From an uncultured Planctomycetota bacterium (GTDB lineage Bacteria > Planctomycetota > Planctomycetia > Gemmatales > Gemmataceae): 64,000 nucleotides of DNA. Numbering within the stretch: the stretch's first letter is position 1; every line of letters starts with the position of its first letter. Below, one piece after another: positions 56,724 to 64,000 of this stretch. Position numbers and translations under genes: made by a program. Below the pieces are notes generated by a model, which saw only the letters and a list, made by a program, of their open reading frames with translations, did no database searches and had not been told where the DNA came from. Location of the stretch: the NCBI GenBank assembly GCA_963849325.1, contig CAWKHF010000002.1:544001-608000 (forward strand). Direction: 5' to 3'.

Positions 56724-57269
56724 ATGTCGGAGTTCTCGGACGCAACGTTGCTCGCACGCTTTCGCTCGGGGGACGAGCAGGCGCTGGAGACGCTGTTTGC
56801 CCGTTACGAGACGCCTCTGTTTCACTTTCTCGTCGGCATGCTCCGCAATCACCACCAGGCCGAGGACGTCCTGCAAGAGACGTTCGTGCGTGCCCTGGAA
56901 CGCCTGGATGGGGTGGACCCCGATCATCTGCGCGGCTGGCTGTTCACGGTCGCTTATCATCAGGCGATGTTGGCCCGCCGGCGACAGAAGGTCCAGCCGG
57001 CCGGCCGGCTGGACCACTCGGCGGCCGTGGTCGATGACGAGCCGGGTCCGGCGCGGCAGGCCGAGCGGCAAGATGAGGCGGGCCGACTACGGCGTCTGCT
57101 GGAGCGGCTGCCGCCGGCCCAGCGCGAGGTGATTCGGCGTCGCGTCTACGAGGGCCAGCGCTTCCGCGAGATCGCCGCCGATCTCGATTGTCCGCTCAAC
57201 ACCGCCCTGGCCCGCATGCACGAGGGACTCAAACGCCTTCGCCGGTTGTGGGAGACCGATCATGCCTGA
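56724..57269 (+). CDS. ECF RNA polymerase sigma factor
   Basis: Motifs AEDVLQETF, GWLFTVA, LP..QREV and EIAADLDCPLNT. Confidence 0.9.
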   Translation: MSEFSDATLLARFRSGDEQALETLFARYETPLFHFLVGMLRNHHQAEDVLQETFVRALERLDGVDPDHLRGWLFTVAYHQAMLARRRQKVQPAGRLDHSAAVVDDEPGPARQAERQDEAGRLRRLLERLPPAQREVIRRRVYEGQRFREIAADLDCPLNTALARMHEGLKRLRRLWETDHA

Positions 57270-57492
57270 GATCGATGCCGCCGACGCCCAACGGGCCTTC
57301 CGCTACGCCCGCGGCGAAATGGACGCGGCGGAGGCGGCCGTCTTCGAGCGTCGTCTGGGTGAGGAGCAGGCACTGCGCGAGGCGCTGGGCCAGGCGGTCG
57401 AGCGGATGCGAGCCCTCGAAGGTCTCGCCCCGCCGGTCCCGCGTCCGGCCTACCGCCAGCGCGTCCGCCAACGGCTGCGGTCGATCTTGTGA
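57262..57492 (+). CDS. Small putative anti-sigma-like protein
   Basis: Overlaps the sigma stop; Y..GEM...E...FE.RL pattern resembles an anti-sigma N-terminal domain without Zn ligands. Confidence 0.55.
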   Translation: MPEIDAADAQRAFRYARGEMDAAEAAVFERRLGEEQALREALGQAVERMRALEGLAPPVPRPAYRQRVRQRLRSIL

Positions 57493-57502
57493 GGCGCCGC
57501 GC

Positions 57503-57531
57503 TTGATGCCTCTTCCGCGAAGGACTACAAT
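57503..57531 (+). promoter_or_regulatory. Putative sigma70 promoter TTGATG-N17-TACAAT
   Basis: Consensus-like boxes with a 17-nt spacer, upstream of the BI-1 gene. Confidence 0.5.
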
Positions 57532-57611
57532 AAGGTAGACTTTGGGCGTGGCAATGGCGGCGAATAACTCGCCCCGCCCCAATGTCGTTCAACCCAAGTC
57601 GGGAGCGGAAA

Positions 57612-58320
57612 ATGAGCTACGGATACGATTATTCTCTGGCCGCACAGGCGGCGGGCAGCGAACGCGCCGCCTTCATCCGCCGTACCTACGCCCACCTGGC
57701 CGGCGCCATCCTGGCCTTCATGGGCGTCGAGGCGCTGTTGCTGAATATGCTCAGCCTCGACCAACAGCAGATGATTCTGAATAAGATGGGCGGCTACGGC
57801 TGGCTGGTCGTCATGCTCGCCTTCATGGGCGCCAGCTGGCTGGCGCAGACGCTGGGCGCAGTCGGATTCCTCCCCAGGTATGCAGTACGTGGGACTGGGT
57901 CTGTATGTCGTCGCCGAAGCGATCATCTTCTTGCCGCTGCTCATCATCGCCACGCGATACTATGAGAACGTTATCCCGACGGCCGGCATTCTCACCCTGG
58001 CCGTCTTCGGAGGACTGACACTCTCGGTCTTCGTCACGAAGAAAGATTACTCGAACCTACGACCGATCCTCTGTGTCGGCAGCCTGATCGCGCTGGGCGT
58101 CATCGTCGCCGGCATTTTCTTGGGCTTCAGCCTGGGCCTGTTCTTCTCCTTTGCGATGGTGGCCCTGATGTCGGGCTACATCCTGTATTACACGTCGCAG
58201 GTGATGCTGCACTATCGCACCGATCAGCACGTCGCCGCCGCGCTGGCCCTGTTCGCGGCCGTGGCGACGCTGTTCTGGTACATCCTGCGGATCGTCATGG
58301 CCGTCAGCAGCCGCGATTAA
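57612..58320 (+). CDS. Bax inhibitor-1/YccA family membrane protein; frameshift near 57855
   Basis: [13 protein letters not shown], about 7 TMs, GYILYYTS and LFWYILRI. Confidence 0.85.
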
Positions 58321-58470
58321 ACGCGGACGGCAGACGAATTCGTGCGAAGGCCGCCGGTCGGCACGATCGGCGGCCTTTCGCATGCGCCCCTGTTTTCTGC
58401 TTGTCTCCCCACCCCGCCGCCCGTTACGATGTCCTTCACCTGCCAGGTTCATTCGCATCGAGGACACGAT

Positions 58471-59836
58471 ATGCCGAGGATTCCCGCCGTTGTCTGCCCC
58501 GGACCTCGCCGCCTCTCCCGCCGCGACATCCTGCAAGTAGGCGGCGCCGGCCTGCTCGGCCTCAGCCTGCCGCGTCTGCTGCGCGCCGAGGAGCAACGGC
58601 CGGGCGCTTCGTCGGCGAAGGCGGATGCCTGTATCCTCATCTTCCTCAACGGTGGGCCGAGCCATCTCGACATGTGGGACATGAAGCCGGATGCGCCGAA
58701 GGAGATACGAGGCGAATTCAAGCCGATTGCCACCTCGGTGTCGGGCGTGCAGTTCAGCGAACACCTGCCGAAGCTGGCCCGCCACATGCACCGCTGCACG
58801 CTGGTCCGCTCGGTGCATCACAGCGTCAACAACTCGCACGCGGCGGCGGTCTACGTCGGCCTGACCGGCCACGATCGCGGCGAGAAGGGCGGCGGCGCCA
58901 AACCGACCGATCATCCGGCCATCGGCTCCGTGCTCGGCCTGTGCCGTCCGCCGAGCCAGCCGGTCGTACCCTACGTGTCGATGCCGTACATCACGCAAGA
59001 AGGGGCCGGCGGGCCGCCGCAGCCGGGCTTCTTCGGCGGTCTGCTCGGCCGGACGCGCGATCCGCTGTTCGTGCTGCGCAACCCCGACGCCCCGAACTTC
59101 GCCATGCCGGAGTTGGGTCTTGGCGCCGAGATGAACGCGACTCGGCTGGACGCTCGGCGGCGTCTATTGGATTGGCTGCGCTGCGGCGCCGACGATCGCT
59201 CCGCTCAGGAGATGGCCGGCTTCCAGGGCAAGGCGTTCGACCTGCTCGTCTCGCCGGCGACGCAGAAAGCTTTTCGGCTCGACCTGGAGCCGCTGGCCGT
59301 GCGCGACGGTTACGGCCGCAACATCTACGGTCAGAGCGTGCTGCTGGCGCGGCGGCTGATCGAGGCCGGCACGCGCGTCGCCTGCATCTCGTGGGCGCCG
59401 GACGCCAACGCCACCTGGGACACGCACGGCAAGAACTTCGTCAGCCTGAAAAACACGCTGCTGCCGCAACTCGACGCGGCGGTGTCGAGTCTGCTGAACG
59501 GACCTGGCCGAGCGCGGCCTGCTGGAACGGACAGTGGTGGCGGTGATGGGAGAGTTCGGCCGTTCGCCGAAGGTCAACGCCGCGGCCGGCCGCGATCATT
59601 GGAACTTCTGTTACAGCCTGATGCTGGCCGGCGGCGGCTTCAAGGGCGGCTTCGTTCACGGCGCCAGCGACAAGATCGGCGCCCGACCCAGTCGCAATCC
59701 CGTGACGCCCGGCGATATCGTCGCCACGCTGTACACCTGCCTGGGCATCGACCCCAACCTGGAGCTGAGCGATCGGTTGGGTCGTCCCTTCGGCCTGGTG
59801 CCGTGGGGCACGCCCATCCGCGAACTGCTGGCGTGA
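58471..59836 (+). CDS. DUF1501 family Tat-exported protein; frameshift near 59500
   Basis: Motifs SRRDIL, GGPSHLDMWDMKP, WDTH, GEFGRSP and GRDHW. Confidence 0.92.
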
Positions 59837-59989
59837 TCGGCGGGCCGATCCGAGCCTGAAGCGTAAGCGAAGGGCATCATCTCTTCGCTTACGCTTCAGG
59901 CTCGGACCTTCGTGATCGGCGGTCCGATCCGAGCCTGAAGCGTAAGCGAAGGGCATCATCTCTTCGCTTACGCTTCAGGCTCGGACCTT
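59832..59989. repeat. Tandem duplication (2 x 79 bp) of a REPIN-containing unit
   Basis: 59832-59910 and 59911-59989 differ at 1 base; each unit contains a hairpin. Confidence 0.9.
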
Positions 59990-59990
59990 A

Positions 59991-60698
59991 TCACTTCTTT
60001 TTGTTGGTCGGACGGATCGAGATCAACCCGCCATTGGGACCGGGCACGGCCCCCTCGACCAGGACGAGATTGTTGTCCGCATCGATGCGGACCACGCGCA
60101 GATTGCGGATAGTGACGCGCTCGGCGCCGTAGCGGCCGGCCATAGCCTTGCCCTTCTTGGGTCGGCCGCTGCCGCGGTTGCTGGCGAGCGAGCCGATGCT
60201 GCCGGGCGAGCGATGGTGCTTCTTGACACCGTGGCTGGCGGGTAGACCAGCGAAGTTGTGTCGTTTCATCGCGCCGGCCGTGCCGCGTCCCTTCGATGTG
60301 CCGGTGACATCGACGGCCGCCACGTCCTTGAAGACGTCGGCGGCCTTGAGCACGGTGCCGACCTGGTAATCGCCCGCCTGATCGAGGCGATATTCGCGGA
60401 GGTGGCGCTGCGGCTCGCAGTCGGCCTTGGGAGGCAGCTGCACGCCGGCCTTGACGCGGGCCTGCCGGCGCCGCGACTCCAGGGCGGCCGAGACGTGGCC
60501 GCGTTCCGCCCGGCTGGCCTTGCGCCGCGCCTTGTCGAGGAAGCCGACCTGCACCGCGTCGTAGCCGTCGCGCTCCTGGTTGCGCACCTGCAGGATGGGA
60601 CAGGGACCGACTTGCAGCACGGTGACGGGAGCGATTTTGCCCGCCTCGTCGTACACCTGCGTCATGCCGACTTTCAAACCCAACAGACCCAGGGCCAT
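59991..60698 (-). CDS. rplC: 50S ribosomal protein L3, stand-alone
   Basis: Motifs GLKVGMTQ, PVTV, DGYDAVQ, SKGRG, HRSPGSIG and GAVPG. Confidence 0.95.
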   Translation of the reverse strand: MALGLLGLKVGMTQVYDEAGKIAPVTVLQVGPCPILQVRNQERDGYDAVQVGFLDKARRKASRAERGHVSAALESRRRQARVKAGVQLPPKADCEPQRHLREYRLDQAGDYQVGTVLKAADVFKDVAAVDVTGTSKGRGTAGAMKRHNFAGLPASHGVKKHHRSPGSIGSLASNRGSGRPKKGKAMAGRYGAERVTIRNLRVVRIDADNNLVLVEGAVPGPNGGLISIRPTNKKK

Positions 60699-60797
60699 CG
60701 TTCCACCTCTTCGCTTGAGCAACTGTCTGTCCGGGAGCCGTCCCGGTGAGCATCATTGCCGGGGGAGAGAATCCCCCTGATCGAGTGAGAAAAGATC

Positions 60798-60826
60798 ATT
60801 ATGCAATCGCATGGGAGGATCGACAA
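60798..60826 (-). promoter_or_regulatory. Putative sigma70 promoter for rplC, TTGTCG-N17-CATAAT
   Basis: Minus-strand boxes with a 17-nt spacer, about 100 nt upstream of the ATG. Confidence 0.5.
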
Positions 60827-60927
60827 GCCCGCCGGCCGTCTGACAGATGATGGCCTCGTCCCGAGAAATCCGCTAGGTTGTCTGTCGGATCGCCCTCTGC
60901 AAGCCGCCCAACGAACCGGAGCCATCG

Positions 60928-62194
60928 ATGAAAACGCTTCTCGCCGGGCTGGGAATCGGTCTCTTGCTGGTGCTCCCGAGCGACAGTCCGGCCGAGGACT
61001 GGCCCGGATGGCGCGGATCGAGCGGACAAGGCATCAGCACGGAGAAAGACCTGCCGCTCCACTGGGGCGGTAAGGAACGCCGCAACATCCGCTGGCAGGC
61101 GCTCCTGCCCGGCCAGAACGACAAGGCGAAACAGGACCAGAACCAGTCCAGCCCCATCGTCAGCCGTGGCCGCGTCTTCGTCACCGCCAGCTACTGGCCG
61201 GCCGGCGTCGAGCCGAAGCAATTTCCCGAGCATCACGTCGTCTGCTTCCGTGCCCGCGATGGCGAGAAACTCTGGGACACACGCATTGAGCACGGTCCCT
61301 GGTCGCGCGCAGCGACCTGCGCGGCGGGTACACGGCGCCGACGCCGGCCAGCGACGGCGAACAGGTGTACGTCTTTTTCGGCTCGTCCGTCCTGGCCGCG
61401 CTCGACTTCGAGGGCAAACCACGGTGGCGCCGGGAGATCGCGCCGTACAAGTTCGACGTGGCCATCGGCACCAGTCCGGTGCTGTACCGCGACACGGTCC
61501 TCTTGCAGTGCGATCAGGTTGATAAGTCGTCGCGCCTGGTGGCCTTCGATCGCAAGACGGGTGAGCGGAAATGGGAGCAGAAACGGCCCAACGTCAACTT
61601 CAGCCACAGCACGCCGGTGCTGGCCGAGGTGAAGGGTCAGACGCAACTGCTGATCGCCGCCTCCAACGCAGTGCAGGGTGTCGATCCATCCAGCGGCGAC
61701 GTGTTGTGGTGGTGCGCGGCGCGGGCGACACCGTCTCGCCGGTCTACGGCGATGGCCTGGTCTATCTCGACAGCGGCCGCGGCGGCGGCGGTATCGCCGT
61801 CGATCCCAATGGACGCGGCGACGTGACGCGCACCCATCGCCGGTGGAAGGTCGATGCCGTGCCGGAGGGTTTCTCTTCTCCGGTAGTTGTCGGCGACTCT
61901 CTGTATCGCCTGACCAATCCGGAGACGCTGCGCTGCTGGAAGATGGCCAACGGCGAGGAAGTTTTCAAGGAACGGCTACCTGGCGTCTCCACGGCGGCCA
62001 GTCCGTTCACGACGCCGGAGGGACGGATTTATCTCGCCAGCGCCGGCAAGAGCTACGTGGTGAAGGCGGGGCCAAAGTTGGAGGTGCTCGCCATCAACGA
62101 TCTGGGCGATGCCAGCCAGGCGTCGCCGGCCGTGGCCGGCGGCTGCATCTTCCTCAAGGGCCGGCGATATTTGTATTGCATCGGTCGCCAATGA
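60928..62194 (+). CDS. Secreted PQQ-binding-like beta-propeller protein; frameshifts near 61310 and 61720
   Basis: Signal peptide; motifs EDWPGWRG, SSPIV, TPASDG and ASPAVAGG. Confidence 0.85.
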
Positions 62195-62210
62195 GGCAGG
62201 AGAAATACCC

Positions 62211-63224
62211 ATGTACGCTGGGATGATCCGCCGTCGCGCGGGGCAGGGACGATGGCCGCGATCCTGTTCGTGTTCCTGTCGGGGATGGTGCCGGCAGCGG
62301 AGTGGCAGCCGATCACGAAGGAGTTGCTTCAGACGACCAAACCCGGCTACGGCGGTCTGTCGGGCGTGGTGGTCGATCATCGGAATGGGGCCATCTACGT
62401 CGATGTCAGCGACCGCGGCATCTACCGCTCGACAGACCAGGGCCGCTCCTGGCGGCGCGTCGGCAAGGAATTCAAGGGACGGACGGAGTGGCCCGGCTGC
62501 CTGATGCTCGATCCGGTGGGCGAGGGCAAGCGGATGCTGGTCGCCACCGTCTACGGCGCGCCGGTCGCCCACGGCACGACCGAGGGCAACTGGAAGTTCG
62601 CCGACAATAAGTCCGCCCACGTGGACTGGTGCGCCGTGGACTGGAGCGATGCGGAGATGCGTTTTCTGCTGGCGCTCAAGCACGAATCGGGCGGCCTGCT
62701 CATCGCCTCGCACGACGGCGGCAAGACGTTCGCGGAGATCGGCAAGGGTTACGGACCCGCCTGGATTTTCGACCGGGATACGGCGGTGGTCGCGCGGATG
62801 AAGATGAAGGACCACCCGAACCCCGGCCTGCTGCGGACCACGGACGGAGGCGAATCGTTCCAGCCCTGCGGCGAATACGTCGTCCACGCTCTGCCGCGCT
62901 GGCACGACGGCAAGCTCTACTGGCTGGTGGAAGGGGCGCTGCTGAGTACCGCAGACAAGGGAGCGAGCTGGATGAAAGTCAGCGAACTCAAGGAGGGCCG
63001 CTTCGGACCGATTTTCGGCAAGGACGCGAAACATCTCTTCGTGCTGACCGGCGGCGACATCCTCGAGAGCCGCGACGGCGGCGCCGACCTGGTTGAAGCC
63101 GATCGCGCTGCCCAAGGAGTTGAAGGGCGTCTCGGCGCTGACGTGGATGGAGTACGATCCGAAAAACGACGTGCTCTACGCCATGAAAATGACTTCCGAA
63201 CTGTACCGGATGTCGCGGAAATGA
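62211..63224 (+). CDS. Secreted BNR/Asp-box repeat beta-propeller protein; frameshifts near 62243 and 63083 (alternative start 62252)
   Basis: Repeated S.D.G..W/F Asp-boxes (STDQGRSW, SHDGGKTF, TTDGGESF, TADKGASW). Confidence 0.75.
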
Positions 63225-63263
63225 CGGCGGGCGAAGGAGGGTCTTCCTCCGCCCGCTCCGCGA

Positions 63264-63479
63264 TCAATACTCCTGGAAGCACGGACGGGCCGGATCGGAG
63301 CACAACGGCAGCGACACGCCTTCGCCGTCCGGCCCCTGTCCCTTGGCCGTGAGGATGCACCAGAAATCGCTACGTCCTTCCTGGTACTCCGGATCGCTCA
63401 CAAAACCTTCGCCATAGACGACCATGGCCTTGCAGCACAGGTGCGGACAGCGCGGACGGTATGGGGATTCGTCGGACAT
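63264..63479 (-). CDS. Small Cys-rich hypothetical protein
   Basis: 71 aa with C..LCC...FWC..T....GPD......C....R.C; co-oriented downstream of the XDH-type FAD subunit. Confidence 0.6.
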   Translation of the reverse strand: MSDESPYRPRCPHLCCKAMVVYGEGFVSDPEYQEGRSDFWCILTAKGQGPDGEGVSLPLCSDPARPCFQEY

Positions 63480-63501
63480 GATGGAACCCTCCTATGTTCT
63501 G

Positions 63502-63558
63502 CCGAGCCGCGAGCGTCAGCGAGTGGGACGATTCCGCTCGCTAACGCTCGCGGCTCGG
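63502..63558. repeat. REPIN-like palindrome (CCGAGCCGCG family)
   Basis: CCGAGCCGCGAGCG ... CGCTCGCGGCTCGG. Confidence 0.8.
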
Positions 63559-63571
63559 ACGGATGGGGTTG

Positions 63572-64000
63572 TTACACTTCCCAGTATTTCTTGTGCCCGG
63601 CCGCCGTCAGCAGGGCGCGCTTGACGGCGACGGCCACCAGCTTGACCTTGTAGGCGTTCTGGCTCAGCGGCTTGGCGCCCTCGGCGGCGGCGGCGCCGGC
63701 CGCGGCCGCCGTCGCTTCCGTCACCTTCTTCGCCCTCGATCGCCTTGGCCGCCGCCTCGGCGACGTGCGGCGTCGGTGCGACGTGGCCCAGCACGATGCG
63801 GGCGTCCTTGACCTTGCCGTCCTCAAGCTGGAACGCGACGGCCGCTTGCACCAGCGGCCAGTCGTACGACTGCTTGTGCCGCACCTCGTAGCTGGCGTTC
63901 TTGACGCTACCCGCTGGCTTCGGATCGAATGCCACGGAGATCACCATCTCGTTCGGCTTCAGGACGTGCTCGCGCTCCGCCGCCGAGTCGGGCGCTGGAA
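63572..64000 (-). CDS. Xanthine/CO dehydrogenase family FAD-binding subunit (3' part only); frameshift near 63733
   Basis: SYEVRHKQSYDWP, ARIVLGHVAPTP and AKPLSQNAYKV match YagS/CoxM-like C-termini. Confidence 0.85.

Noticed and set aside
59832-59989. Possible CRISPR mini-array
   Set aside because: Only two units, with no unique spacers and no cas genes. The unit is a REPIN-family hairpin also found at 55461.
60700-60790. Known riboswitch in the rplC leader
   Set aside because: Hairpins are present, but I cannot match them to any riboswitch consensus. They are kept only as a structured leader.

Overview
High-GC bacterial chromosome segment. Gene content (DUF4058, DUF1501, PQQ-like beta-propellers, HEAT/TPR proteins, CRTAC1/ASPIC-UnbV) points to a Planctomycetota, probably Gemmataceae-like, genome (inference). 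Many clearly conserved genes (lysA, metF, typA, coxA, actB/C) carry single-base frameshifts. I read these as long-read/assembly errors and give reconstructed coordinates. Main content: a LuxC-like ALDH/Fe-ADH/PQQ cluster, a Ser/Thr kinase, a YtrA-GntR/ABC operon with its operator, a Tad-like secretin plus TPR lipoprotein, NatAB-like ABC, prepilin peptidase, argH, lysA, typA, a complete alternative complex III + A2-type caa3 oxidase operon behind a sigma54-type promoter, and a stand-alone rplC. Most notable: (1) an AT-rich solitary integron-like gene cassette (attI-like site, one gene, well-formed attC, no integrase nearby) encoding a PD-(D/E)XK nuclease-RAMA fusion, a candidate modification-dependent anti-phage nuclease; (2) about 16 REP/REPIN-like palindromes of several families, several of them inside coding sequence (two kinase loops, a signal peptide, shared stop codons), plus a truncated Y1/RAYT-like transposase flanked by inverted REP hairpin arrays. 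No tRNA, rRNA or CRISPR array was seen.
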